A stretch of 63,950 nt of DNA, filler included, from Raillietiella orientalis (lineage: Eukaryota): NCBI GenBank assembly GCA_036172245.1. It is 6 parts of 6 records of this genome, joined end to end, with 100 filler letters (N's around TTAATTAATTAA, not from the genome) between each part and the next. Parts side by side here need not be neighbours in the genome. Positions count along the whole stretch, not along the records: positions 1 to 12,223 come from JAYWIR010000262.1; positions 12,324 to 24,523 come from JAYWIR010000263.1; 4 more parts are not named here. One strand, written 5' to 3'. Positions within the stretch are counted from its first letter, which is position 1; each line of letters begins with the position of its first letter. Positions 1-12,493 of the stretch are shown one piece after another. Under the pieces are notes generated by a model. It ran no database searches. It worked only from the letters and a program-made list of their open reading frames with translations, and was not told the DNA's origin. A program made the translations under genes and the position numbers.

Positions 1-2091
1 AGGCGTCAATGAAGAAATGTTCTTCCGTAGTAAGAATTACGACACTTGAGGCTGCTTGTGACCAAGCCGCTTATGAATTGCGCAACAACCGTCCGATGAT
101 GCGAACATTGCAGCACTTGGAGAAAGCTGAGGGAAAATCGCCGATCTTTGATTCCATGAGTTGCTGATGAGAGAACGCGTTTTTCGTCAGAATGCAAAGC
201 GACACATTATCCGTATCCACAGCGAGAAAACCGCCAGGGTGTTGACACGTCAATATGCACAGTTAAACGCAGGGGTACAAAGGAATCGACGCATCCACTT
301 TTCAGCAGGAAGAATCCGTTGATATGAATAGATGCATGTGAGCATCGGACACGTGTCTTCAGTTCCATCGACTTTGATAACCAAAAGATCAAGTCCATTA
401 TCGCACTTGGTACATGGAATTTTGAGTTCATTCGTAATCGAAGGCACGTAAGTTGCTTTGCAGCAATCGAGAACCGTGAAAGTACTGGTAGAAAGAAAAG
501 GACCGTAAAGTATTGACACATTCGTTCCTCCATATGTATTCAAGTTGATGATAATAGGCTGTTGGTTAGATAGTCCGCGAGTGAAAATCATATCACCATT
601 AGTAGCCTGCTATCAACCAGACAGAAATAGCGCCATATCGAGGGATGGATGGCGCACATCAAGCACTTTGGAAGACCCTTAACGTCCAATAGAGAGTTTG
701 CGAGCGGCGTGTTCCAATGTCGAAGAAACTTGCATGAGACATTGCGGGTGGTGGCTTCCTTAATTGCCGGGTTGTATCTATGCTCCCAAAAGATTGCGTT
801 TTGCATCGGTGGAGCGCCTTATTTCCACACTTCTTCATCTCGGCACCAGGTTGATGGATATCTGGACAGCAACTCAAGTACGTGGAAAGAGCGGAGTTGG
901 TTCGCATCATGTTCTTGCGTGTGAAAACTCTCAAGTGACTTGGTTTAAGAGTGCCTTTTGTTCGGTTACGTACAGGGACCCGCCGTGAAAGTAACAGCAC
1001 GTGTGTGCGATGGCGGATCGCAACGTAATAGGGAGGCTCTACAGAATGTTCCCACTTTTCCACATCATCTACTTCGAAACGACGATGGCAGCACACCAAT
1101 TTACTCAGAGACCGCTTGCGACTATTAGACCCAACAAATTGTTGGGGGCTTCTGGAAGCAAAATCCGTCCGGAGGTTCCACTTTTGCTAGAGAACACCTG
1201 CATCTTCAGCGTCTAAGCTAACTGAGGTTTGACACCTCCGTCACAAGCATCACGATGCGAATGACAGTTGCCGTCGCAAACGGTATGAGCATCTCGAAAC
1301 AAGTGAACCGTGCAGAGCCGCAACTCACAATTTGGTTTCTCCAGATAGTCTAAAGCGTTGCCATTTACGCCCGAGAGGCACGAGACCAAGTGCGTGCTGC
1401 AGAACAGATTCTGAATCCGCTGCTTGCTTTCCGTGAAACGTCCAATCCCAGAAGAGCGCCTGATCTCGATGGAATATGCATCCGAGTGTGTTTCTCAAGA
1501 ACACGAGGTTATGCAGGCTACAATCAAGTGCACAGAAAAGTTCAAATGTGAAAATAGTGAAATGTGGAACGAAGAATGTGTGTTGGAGGTATGCAATTCT
1601 TGTTGACATTCTCGAGTACCACACGTAAGCTATGATCATTTCTGAAAGCGAGAACCAAGGCAAATAACCAACCGCTATTCTCTAGGACAGCATGAAACGC
1701 GTTCCCTGCATACGTGCGTCAACTGTAGCTATGCATACGGCAATGCTCACTGCTTCTGACCATGAGCAAAAGGAGCAAGTTGCGCGGAGGGAAAATACAT
1801 CGTCAAGGCACAGTGCCAACGTACATTCAGGTAAGACCACATCGCGGTGGTCATTGTGTCCCCACGAAGACTTCTGTCTACATGGATCACGGGTCATACA
1901 CATGCAACTTCAAGAGGCGCAGCGACTGGTAAGCAAACTGGCAGGGGAAGGATTACCATTGTCAAAACCCTCATTCTTCATGCTTTGCACATGAAGAACT
2001 CGAAAATACCCAACAGCCAAGGTACCCATGAACAAAGAGCATCAGCCACTTAATCATTATCTCTTTCCATTATTCTCTATTCATAATCCCA

Positions 2092-2147
2092 GCCTTCATA
2101 GTTTAATTGAAACATTGATTTCGTAAATCAAAAAAAAATAAAATGCA
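2092..2147 (+). tRNA. trnT: Mitochondrial-type tRNA-Thr relic lacking the T-arm (within NUMT)
   Basis: D-arm GTTT-AATTG-AAAC, anticodon arm TTGAT-TTCGTAA-ATCAA (CGT, probably mutated TGT), A-rich TV-replacement loop; acceptor stem only partly paired. Confidence 0.6.
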
Positions 2148-2158
2148 ATAACCTTTCA

Positions 2159-2212
2159 TCAAGACATAATCCTTTAACACCCAAAATTACTATTCTCATA
2201 AACTAATTTTTG
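2159..2212 (-). tRNA. trnP: Mitochondrial-type tRNA-Pro relic lacking the T-arm (within NUMT)
   Basis: Minus strand CAAAAAT-TA-GTTTATGAGAA...TAAT-TTTGGGT-GTTA...GTCTTGA: TGG anticodon loop and typical trnP 5' end; no T-arm. Confidence 0.65.
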
Positions 2213-2279
2213 ACATCACATACCCCCCCATTCTTCCCATCAAATCATACCCATTCATTCTTCCCATCGCTACTTTCCC

Positions 2280-3141
2280 TCCCGACAATAAGAAATAAAA
2301 CACACAATATAATAAAACACCCCAACACAGATATATCTACTTATCATAACGATAACGAGGCAATACCCATCGTAATCAAATAATCACATACATTACAAAT
2401 AAAGTTTTGATTCTCACCATATAACAACCTCCTAAAAATTAAAATCTTGTATTCAACCTTCAATAAACGATAAATCCATATTCCGACAAAAATAAAAAAA
2501 GCAAACAATATACCACCATACTCCGCATTATATCCAGACACCAACTCAGATTCACTTTCCAGAAAATCATACGGTAAAAGATTAACTTCTACTAAACATT
2601 CAACAATCCATACAATTAATCCACCCGCCCTACAAAACACTAACCAGCTCTCTACCTCCACATCTAATTCATATCCACCCAAATATACTACTATACCCAT
2701 TAATACAACAATCATACATACTTCATAAGAAATCATCTGAGCTACTGAACGCACCACACCAACATACCTATATTTCCTATTACTAGCTCAGCCACCCATT
2801 AATTCTCCACATATCCTAACTGTTAAATAACACACAAACAACAGTAAACCTATGATTTCCCCCACCAATCCCCAACTTCTAGGATAAATCACTCACATTC
2901 CTACCATCTCTGACACCATAATCAACGAACCCAACTTATCACCAACTCTATTTCTACCCATTACATCATAATGTTCCTTATTCAACAATTTTGAACCATC
3001 GACAATAGGCTGAAAAATACCAACCCCTACTTTACCCGGCCTCTCGAGTCATTGTACTCTTAAAACCTTACGCTCAACCAAAGTCACGAAAGACACACTA
3101 ACCAATACCAGTAACATCGCAAATATTCTCTGAATGATCAT
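2280..3141 (-). pseudogene. nad1: NADH dehydrogenase subunit 1 pseudogene (invertebrate mitochondrial code)
   Basis: Motifs FVTLVERKVL, FQPIVDG, WASNSKYS..G.VRSVAQMISYEV, PYDFLESESELVSGYNAEYGG and LPRYRYDK*MYLCW; TGA=Trp and AGG=Ser usage; frameshift near 2485-2500 and TAG at 2337-2339. 3' end approximate. Confidence 0.93.
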
Positions 3142-3229
3142 TAACACGTTCAACTTTCAAAATATCTGAAATTTCCAATAATTAATTCTAAGAAAGTCTA
3201 ACTACTCAAAGAATTCTTTAAATCATGCA

Positions 3230-4370
3230 TATTAAAATTTTCCTTTACCCAAAAAATATTTTAACTTTCCAATTCTTTCGTACTAACAAAACAAGTTATA
3301 ATTTAAAGATGTAAACCAATCTGGCTTACGCCGATCTAAATTCAAATCATGTAGGATTTTCAGTCGAACAGACTGTTGCTATAAACCTTCTTCGTCTTAT
3401 AGATGCCTAATTCAACATCGAGGTCGCAAAATTTCATATCAATTAGAACTTTCCATGAAAATTACGTTTTTATCCCTTAGGTAACTTTTTCTTCATTTCA
3501 AGATCAATATTACTTAATATATAAATTTTGAATCATGAAGATAAATTCTTCATTATCCGCCCCAGATAACATCTCATCAAAATCTCATTTCACTACCACA
3601 TTTTCAATCTATTCAAAGACACTAGATCTGAAGGGTCTTCTCGTCCCCTAAATTCACTATAGATTTTTCACTATAACATTAAATTCAAATACACAAAATA
3701 AGACAGTCTTGCTTAATACAATCTTTCATTCAGGTTATCAATGAAATAACTAACTAGTATGCTACCTTAGTACAGTCAATACACTGCAGCTGTTTATTAT
3801 ATACCGGGCAGATTATACCTTATATTACTCATAAGGAAATGTTTTTAAGAAATAGTTGAAACAAATTTTTGCCTAATTCCTTATAATATTCTCACTTCAC
3901 AATCTAATCTTACCTAAGATCTTAGTAATTGAAGCATTATTTCACATAAATTATTATTAATTACATTAGATTACCATAATACTTTTAAAATCAACATTAA
4001 CTTAGTATTAAAACTTTGTAATAGCTACTTCAATGCTCCTAATTTATACCTATTATTATATTTATAAATAAATCAAGTTTATCCCCAATTTTTACTTACT
4101 AATAATTAGAACTATTAATTTGTCAGCATATCACCCCTAAATAAAATTCCGCTATATTTTGTTACATACAACAATCATTTTATTTAACTCATTAACATTC
4201 AAACATTAAATATAAATTTTCAATTGATTCCACTCTGATACAAAAGGTAATTAATTTTAATACTTTATCACTATTAATTGACTGTCGTATTCAGTACTTT
4301 TCACTATCATTATAAAATAAAATTTCTTACTAATAATCTCATACTCAAACTTAACCAAATTTTAAATAAT
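3230..4370 (-). rRNA. rrnL: Mitochondrial large-subunit (16S) rRNA relic
   Basis: Conserved blocks seen on +: CTTTCGTACTAA, CCGATCTAAATTCAAATCATGT, CAACATCGAGGTCGCAAA, TTATCCCTTAGGTAACT, AGGGTCTTCTCGTC, TATGCTACCTT. Ends approximate. Confidence 0.92.
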
Positions 4371-4417
4371 TATCAACTTCAAGCCAATCGTTACTTCTAC
4401 TAGTAAATTACCCATTT

Positions 4418-5130
4418 GCCTAGATACACCTTCCGGTACATCTACTATGTTACGACTTATCTAATATTATATCAGAGCGACGGGCGATTTGAATTTAATG
4501 ATTGTTAAATTCAACTTGCTCTTCTTAAACAAATTTACAATTAAATCCTATTTCAATTCAACACATCCAAATTTAAGATAACGTAGTACACAAATCATTC
4601 TTTTTTATACTGCATCTTGATTAGCACTCTTAATTACAATCTATTTAGAAAATTAATTACTCTTAAATAAACGAATCAACGATATACAAACACTAGAAAA
4701 AGGAAGTTCCTCGCGGATTACCGTTTACTAAGCAAACTCCTCTAATAATTCTCATTACCACCAATTCATATAAGTCCCCTTCCCTTTATTTTTTAATATC
4801 CAGCATTTATATTAGAGTATCTAATTCTATTTTATTTATAATAGCTTATTAAAAACCAATAACCTCCTATCGAACCAAAAGTTCTCATATTAAATTAATA
4901 AAACATTAATGTTAATTTAACTTTCACGTTTAACCGCTATTGCTGGCACGCATATTCATAAAACATTAAATCATTACTAATTCAAATCCCTTTTAGAATT
5001 AAAATTAAATACTATGTATCTGCTTTTAAAATTTATACATACCTTATTATTCCAATTAACACTAAACCTCATGCAAAAATTATTACTAATAGCCTTTAAC
5101 GTAAAGCATAATTCAATCCCAAATTTAATT
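4418..5130 (-). rRNA. rrnS: Mitochondrial small-subunit (12S) rRNA relic
   Basis: Conserved blocks seen on +: CACCTTCCGGTACATCTACTATGTTACGACTTATCT, AGAGCGACGGGCGAT, GTATCTAATTCTA, TAACCGCTATTGCTGGCACG. Ends approximate. Confidence 0.92.
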
Positions 5131-5490
5131 TCTGTCATATTAGTATAAATAAAGAAATTTTCCTTTTTGATGTAAACAAAATATTCATTAAACTATTTCT
5201 TTTTATGAAAAATGAATCTGAATTCATTTTTTTTAAAATTAAAAATATTTTGGGAATTAGTTTTTTCATACTAACTGAGGATAATATATTTTATAATAAT
5301 AACAATAAATGATTGTTATATAAAACATTTGGAGTTAATTATAAATCAAAGAATGTTCTTTGTACTCTGAAAATTTAATATAACTATTACATTATATGTC
5401 AGGTATAAAATTAATATTTTATTATAATGAATAATTAATGTACTTAAATATTTTTATCTTACAGTACATAGAACATGTATGTATAATGAA
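5130..5490. other. AT-rich control-region-like segment of the NUMT
   Basis: Extremely AT-rich with T-runs, directly upstream of rrnS where a control region is commonly located; no coding signal. Confidence 0.5.
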
Positions 5491-8400
5491 AGATGTTAAA
5501 TATAATTATACATATTCATTTGCATTTGTACATATATATTTATATATATGTACATATGTATCATCGCTGCCTTCCAGAAGTGAATGGACTTCTGCCGCAC
5601 GTTGAATCTCGTAGGATACAAGTAGAAATAGATAACTCCCAAGTTGATGACACCGATCTCCTGGATAGAAAACGAAACGAAGATTTGGCAGCGTTCTGTT
5701 CAGAAATAGCAAAAAAATTGTTCTTCTCCTCAATCAGCAATAGTACTCAAATCGTGAGGAGTATCGTGGTTTTAAATCCCTGAACCACGCAGAGTTTCAG
5801 GGTGTAATGAAGGTTTCCTTTGTGTGTGATTATTATGATTGCGGAAGGATACCTCGTCTCGTCGCATAACGCCTACTAGACCATAAAGATCACAAACTTT
5901 TGACTGCTCACCTTCTCCAGGTTGAAATTGGAATTCCCCGATTTCCTTTGAGTCCACAATTCCCTTCAGAACCTTAAAATGCTTGCGTGAAAGTCCGAAA
6001 TTCAATTGCTGGAAGTCAAAATTAGCAAGATATCTTCTTTGCAGAGCGTGCAATAGTTGATCTTCAGTATGGTAAACGAAACGTGGAGCTTTGTGAATTG
6101 ACCGTATGTGCACGAGGTTACACCTTTCCTGGGAACGAACACGTGCGTTTTTGGGAAGGATGTTGGAATACCATGGGAGACAGAAACTCCGGCAGAGGCA
6201 TTGCTCTGGAGAAATGTACCGAAGCTACATTATCTAAACGTAGTCGGGACAGCATATGGCAAGGAATATCTGACCATGAAGAGTAACCTCAATCCGCGGC
6301 TTTGCTCGCAGATACTCCGACAGCGGAAAATCAAGTACAGTCTTGGTGGCACGAAAGTGGGAAGAAATTCGTAATAAATGATAAATAGGCTGCCTGAATG
6401 CAGCGTGTCAGTGCTCCGTGACAGCAAACGGTAGGTCGACGAAAACCTTCCCCATACATCGACCTATGCATATCGATGAACGTATATGATTCGGCTCTGG
6501 CGTTGTGCAGACATTTGGAATGTTGTCTTCATAAATGCTTTCACTATCTAGGAAAAAAGTCAGATAGAGAGTGCTTGAGCAGTAGAGATTCCTCTCGATT
6601 TAATCCAAACTTCAGGAGAGAGGATCGATTTGAACGTTGTTCAACGGCGATGGTGCATGCAAGTGAACATTTGAAAGCTCGCAGGGACCGGACGATCACA
6701 GCGAAACAGCAACAACCATGAGGTCAACTCTTTTTCACGAGATCCACTTCATTCCATAACATTCAACGTAATGATAAGGGATATGTGAGACAGTAGCTCA
6801 TAGACGCTGGTTCACGATGGACGCGATCGGCCTTGAGCACATGGAGCACGACAGTGTGCTCTTCTATCTAGTCCTTTTTCGGATGCGAACGTGCTGGCAA
6901 CCTGTTGCCCGTTTGCTTTATCACGACGGAAAGCGCTCTGTCCGACGGTGACGATCGTTCCTGAAGTGCTCGAAAAAGAAGAACAAAGATTTTAGAGAAA
7001 ATGGAACCGAGATTAGAAAGTATCCATGGTAACAACGGATGGAGTGAAATGATTTGATTCGGTGAGAGCATTAAAGAAAGCATTCAACCGTTCAGAAGAC
7101 GTGCTTTCTAGATGGCACACTACCATGGGATATTCGTGGAGAGCGTTGGGGGCCTCTGCGGGTACTTGTTGCCACTTTGGGATAAACGGGATTCGTTTTG
7201 ATGAGAACCGCTCTGTAACGAAGGTGACACTTCAAAGATTCTTCGCTCGGATGACAATCATAAACGACATTCGTTTAGCGGAAATAAAGCATTTTCCGCT
7301 TAAGTACAGTAAGCTCTCCGAACTGAAAATCAACAGCGAAGATTGCGCTTTGCAGCCCACCCTCCAGCCGCTTACGGAAGGCTCTTCAGATTGGTACGGG
7401 CAAAATGCGTGCCGTGGCGAAATGCGAAATTTCTGCAAACGGAGACCTTTGTGTACTCTGCATGGCGCACGAGGGAACTCTGAGCGGGCAAGCTCCCACC
7501 TCCATCACCGTTGCACTGCAGCAGTTCTCGGGCCGCGTGGCCGCACTTCCTCACAGGTCCGATGTTGCCAGCCGACCGCAATTCTCCTAGCAACTAGCAT
7601 GCTCTTCGAGGCGCGAGCAACAGGTGCTGACAAATCGACTTCTACACGACATCGTTTCCAGAGACTGTGAATCCTTTTATTCCTGAGAGCTGTGCGTATC
7701 CCACGGGGAAAACTGAAACGGAAATGAGCTCTTCCCTGTACCGGAAACTATTGCTGTGCACCGTTTCAATTGCGCACGGACATTCCCATGCTTCGAAATG
7801 TGTGAACCTATTGGTTTCAGTATCTTTCAAGGAACACAGAACAAGCGACGCATTAAGAATACATACACCTGTCTCGAGAATGGACTTTTCCATGCTTTTG
7901 TAGAAACGAATCGAAAGTTTAAAATTTTTGGATGCTCCGTCAAGTGTGATGAATGTCTCAATCTCTGGTATTTCCATTCGTATACGCACAAAATAAACAT
8001 GTCAAGAATGGAAATTAAGATAAGGATTTCCACCGAACATTAGTTTCTTAAGAACTGTGCCACTTCAGTTTCAGTTCAGAAAGAACACCTCAAGGATTCC
8101 CGCCGCCGCTCAGCAGTAGCTTGTCTTCGATTCAAGCATCGCTCAGGCTGTTTGTCTAGTTTCCTATCGACGCCGTTATGAAAGCAACAACCTTCAATGT
8201 TGAGAGTTAAGAGAGGAAGGATTTGATCCGTTTGCCCCAAGCGAACCAGGAAAATGGAGGTGTTCCTGTCGAAAGTAAGCGGCCACGAGTTCCTCGAAAG
8301 ATTGAGCTGATAAATGTGCATACGCACAAACCGAAAACGTGACTCCTGCTTAAATGAAATTCATTATCGTGCTAGGCCGCGTTGGAAGCTGTACAGCTTT

Positions 8401-10254
8401 ACCATTTCAAACTAAAGGTTTAATCCGCTCATCTACTTTGGAAAACTATCATCTACCAAAGAAGTTTCTTAACATTCGCCACATGTTTGATGGGCGTATG
8501 TAAGAAAAGTTTTGGTCTCCTACGAAACCCCCAACCAATATTGTGAATCCAGAAACACAGGCAGACATCTTCCTATGATTTTGCTTCAAATGATGCTCAA
8601 CTATATACAACACGTCCCAGCCACGAACAGCTTTCAAAAGGCAAATGATAAAACATATGGTGTATGCATAATATTCCTGCAAGTAATAGGTTGCATCATT
8701 TTCAAGTTACGCAATAAAAGAATGTTGTGAAAATAAGAATCTTGGTATCCGTAGCTCATTTTCTGCAACTAGCATGGATAAAAAAGATTTGCTCTCTCAC
8801 TACTTTCCGCAAAAGGACTTGTCTCTGCGCCATTCTCGATTTTATTACGGAAGCAGTCCGCGACCGCAGCACGTAGGTAGCAAGCAAGCGCGGAAAATGC
8901 ACTTTCGCTACTTGCAAGCCAACGATCCTTAAGAGCACCACGTTGTTGCCATGGGGCACAGAAAAAAGCTAGGGAAGAGGAGAAGAAGCGGCCACATCGG
9001 GATAGAAATAAACGAATGTTTCCTACCTCGTATGCTCACCAAATTGAGTGACATCCCAGTGGGTAACAGGGCAACGAAGAGCATCACCACTTTCACCAGC
9101 AGCTGCCTGCGTCTTGTGCAATCTGGCCACGCAGTCAGCAAATTTCTGTAGCGTGGGACTGCACGGATCGCAATGCCTAAGGCAACCAAATCCAAAATTT
9201 ATATTTGGCTCCCGAAATCTCGATTCTGCAATTCACTTTGCGGCGTGGCAAAACTGGAGGCTAGATACCTCTTTTCGATCGCACAGAAATGGCTTTCCTG
9301 AACTGCGGAGGATCTGCAATCGGGATGTACTAAAGTTCTGGTAGGATGCGCTCTGCTCTAGAAACGAGCTTGTTTTCTGAGGGATCATCTTCCTTGCAGC
9401 AGTGTTAGTTACGACCTTTGAAAACCTTTCCATGACGACACCACAATAGGCAGCGTCGACGCAATTCCACTCGAGCTCATTAGCAATCCATGTGCCCGTA
9501 AGAAAGAATTTACATTTTCTCAACCAACTTAGTATGATGAGCAAATGTATAACAGGTATAGGAAGTTTAGAAACATCGAAGATACATTCAAATTACTTCC
9601 ATTAAATTGTATTGGTGTTTATAAAAAGCCATATATGGGAACATGTAAATAGAATGTCTATGAAGCCAGAGAATCTATACACTGTTTCAACTTGCCAGTA
9701 TTGTGGAGAATCTGTGGCAATAAGGAGAAAAAAGGGAAAGTCGTGGAACGAGTTTCTAAAACCCTTCCCATTTGGCCTTCCGAATTCTTACGTCTGAATT
9801 GAATGTAGAAAAAATTTTTCAAGTATTGGGTGAATGACGGTGCTTTCGGAAACGCAAGCGCACGAGGAATGCATGTGTTCAACATTGTTGAATCCTATGT
9901 GTATATTATCTTACTTCTGCTATGTGTCTAGTGATGTACCCAACGAACAAAAACCACAAATACAACTTCATCTGTTAGCAATCTCAAAGCATAAGTCCAA
10001 GCAAATTCCTGAATATGTTCCTGATATGAGCTTGTTAATAAATATTGAGGCTTGGTTATTCCTCTAGTTTATTTGCTTATTAATAAACATACGAATTTCA
10101 CTTAAGATTGCCCGGCAACTTTGAAATCCGTAAACTCACTGAACTCCAGAATTTGGATTTGCACACGAAACTAAATAGCGGATCATCAAACAGAGGACGA
10201 AGAAGATGAGCGGACGGCACTCGTGTCAACAGGACGATTCCATTGCTTGTTCCG

Positions 10255-11434
10255 CTACCACCAAATCAGAAACCTGAAGCAGGGAACAAACGCCACTGGG
10301 GAACGAAGGTCGCGACGAAGAAGTACTAACCTGAGATAGAACACTAGCAGTAAATAGGAAATTAGAAAAAAACACCATATTGCTCCCCATGATAGGCTTG
10401 GCGCTTGGGGGTCTCCATCATCGTCACTCTCGCTCGGTAGCATGCAGGCCGCATCCAAAAAACCAAGTACGCGATCCCAGCATCGCGAAAGATGACCTGT
10501 AATGCAATAAGAGGCATGTTTATTGCTAGAGGATCCGTGCTGCGTGGAGCAGCGTCCGCGTGGACGCCGTTCTGCTTCGTTGGGGTCGTGCTCCGGCCGG
10601 CACGCGAGCGCGTCCATGGCGCCAGACAGCAGCTGCTGCTGATCCGGCTTCCGAGCTGCTAAGTGCTCCTGCAGGTGCTCCTGGTACCGCTCCATCTGCA
10701 CTGCAGGTGTCTCCTCATGCTGGTGCTCCTGAACGGCGTACCCCGCAAGAAGTTGCTCTATCAGCTCCGCGCTTTGCTCTTCTTCGGGCACCTCGACGAT
10801 GGTGAGAAGCTTCGTGCGGTGTATGAAATACCAGCGGAGGAAGCGTCTGTTCTGGAGTAGAAGGCGAAGATTGATCCTAGTCCGCTTTCGTAGCGTAGGA
10901 TTTGCTGATTTCTTCGGCATACCTGGAAGAAACAATCATAGAGAGAAACATCAATCCACTTCCTTGGTACGCTGAGGGAGTTCAGCTGTCACACAGGTGA
11001 GCTAGGCTGTGGCGATTTACCGTGAACAGGTGGCGAGCATTGCACGTAAAGTTTGGCTTCTTCCGCGTTCGAATGGCGTCAAAAGCAAGTTCGCCCGCGC
11101 ACGGTCTGCCCGCTGGCACAATCCGCAGACGCGAGCAGCCGCCGAACGCTGACAGGGGTGTTCAACGTGAGCGAGGGCGGCCAGCGGTGCACTGGCCGCG
11201 CACTCCATACTGCTGACTGAGGTCCTCTTGGAAGCGGTACTCACAGCTGGAGGCTGAGGTGGATCCGAGAGCCCGATGGTCCGCCTTGCGTGCAGTCGAA
11301 ACGTTTGAAGAACAGCAATCGTGCAGGACGCGAGACAAGAGAGAACACAGTCCGTCGTATCCTGAAAGTATTTCTCGAATGCTGGAAAATTCGAATTCGT
11401 GATCCGCCAATAGAATTATAAACGACGATGCCAT
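10255..11434 (-). CDS. Possible two-exon gene of unknown function (exon 11434-11245, exon from 10922)
   Basis: ATG at 11434, donor CT|GTGAGT at 11244, pyrimidine-rich acceptor TTTCTTCCAG|G at 10923; splice phase joins into the 226-aa ORF 10255-10935 (Glu/Gln/His-rich). No recognisable domain. Confidence 0.3.
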
Positions 11435-12223
11435 GATGTGTGTCGTCAAGGCAGCGAGACCAATGTTCTGCTGGATATGAGTGCACGTAACGTTAGCGCG
11501 ACCGGTGTTCCGCGGGCAGCGAACCGCGCCTGCGCGCTGGCGAGCAGTTGAGGAGCCGCATACGCTGTATCTCAGTCAGTTGTGGGCCGCCGAGAACGAA
11601 GCTCTGCGCCCGCCTCCGCGTTCCAACCGCGAACGCGTATTTGGGATCTCGTTGTAGAAGGCGCTCCATGAGGGTCTCTTGTGGCTGCTGGAATACCGCG
11701 ACTTAGGGTTTAGCTACGTAGTTGCCACGGGAAGGTTTCGTTTCCTCGCATCATGCGACCGCATTTACACTGCAAATCGATTGAACTCTTATTCCAGAAT
11801 TTTGCAATTTTACCATTAGTGTTGTTGCCGAATTCACTTGAATTTATTTTTGAATGGAGGAATTGTGAAATGATTGGAAGCGAATCCTTCACAAAGTTCC
11901 CTCCTTTCCAGCGTTACGACCAAGCGAATTGAAATTCATGACTGTTTTACCGTGATATTCCGAGAGATAGTGGGACGCACGTTGCTCTTAAAGATGAGGA
12001 TAAAGATTAAGGCGGGTCAAAGGCTTTGGGGTTAAGGCTTTTGTGTTTGGCACAATGCGTCGCGAAATCGAAGGATATGGCAGAAAATGACGCAACTGCG
12101 TCGTTGGGTTCCGAGTTTCTCCTGCAATGGCGATTGGAGTATGATGAAATTCGGTCGGGGCACCGATGGTAGTTTAAGCCGGAGACTTCTCATGAACCCC
12201 GGAACAATGGCAGTCGATCATTT

Positions 12224-12323
12224 NNNNNNNNNNNNNNNNNNNNNNNNNNNNNNNNNNNNNNNNNNNNTTAATTAATTAANNNNNNNNNNNNNNNNNNNNN
12301 NNNNNNNNNNNNNNNNNNNNNNN
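12224..12323. other. Artificial contig linker
   Basis: 44 N + TTAATTAATTAA (stops in all six frames) + 44 N. Confidence 0.98.
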
Positions 12324-12493
12324 GTGAACATGCTTCGCGGCTCAAAGTATTGTACGCACGACAACTTAATCAGTTAATTGTGCTTGTGTGTGCCCGGAGA
12401 GGGGAAGTTTCCAGACGAAACTACAAAAGAAGCGGCGAGGAGATCGCGGCAAAAGACCTGCAGTGGTCCCGTGCAGCAAGACCAGCTGCCAGG

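Larger units (their letters stand above)
2050..5490. pseudogene. Nuclear mitochondrial insertion (NUMT): trnT-trnP-nad1-rrnL-rrnS-AT-rich region
   Basis: Abrupt switch to very AT-rich, G-poor composition; recognisable nad1 and mitochondrial 16S/12S motifs; nad1 has a frameshift and an in-frame stop; continuous with non-mitochondrial sequence on both sides without a gap. Boundaries approximate. Confidence 0.9.

Noticed and set aside
1..2050. Short ORFs before the NUMT
   Set aside because: No recognisable motifs or consistent exon structure.
3142..3230. trnL gene(s) between nad1 and rrnL (and trnV near 4370-4418)
   Set aside because: Expected by position, but no convincing anticodon arm could be folded.
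5560..10250. Short ORFs including 7062-7670 (202 aa) and a possible minus-strand exon near 5910-6040
   Set aside because: No domain similarity recognised and no coherent splice chain could be built by eye.
12268..12279. TTAATTAATTAA as a biological palindrome or piggyBac site
   Set aside because: Identical, centred in N runs and repeated five times; it is a synthetic six-frame stop linker.
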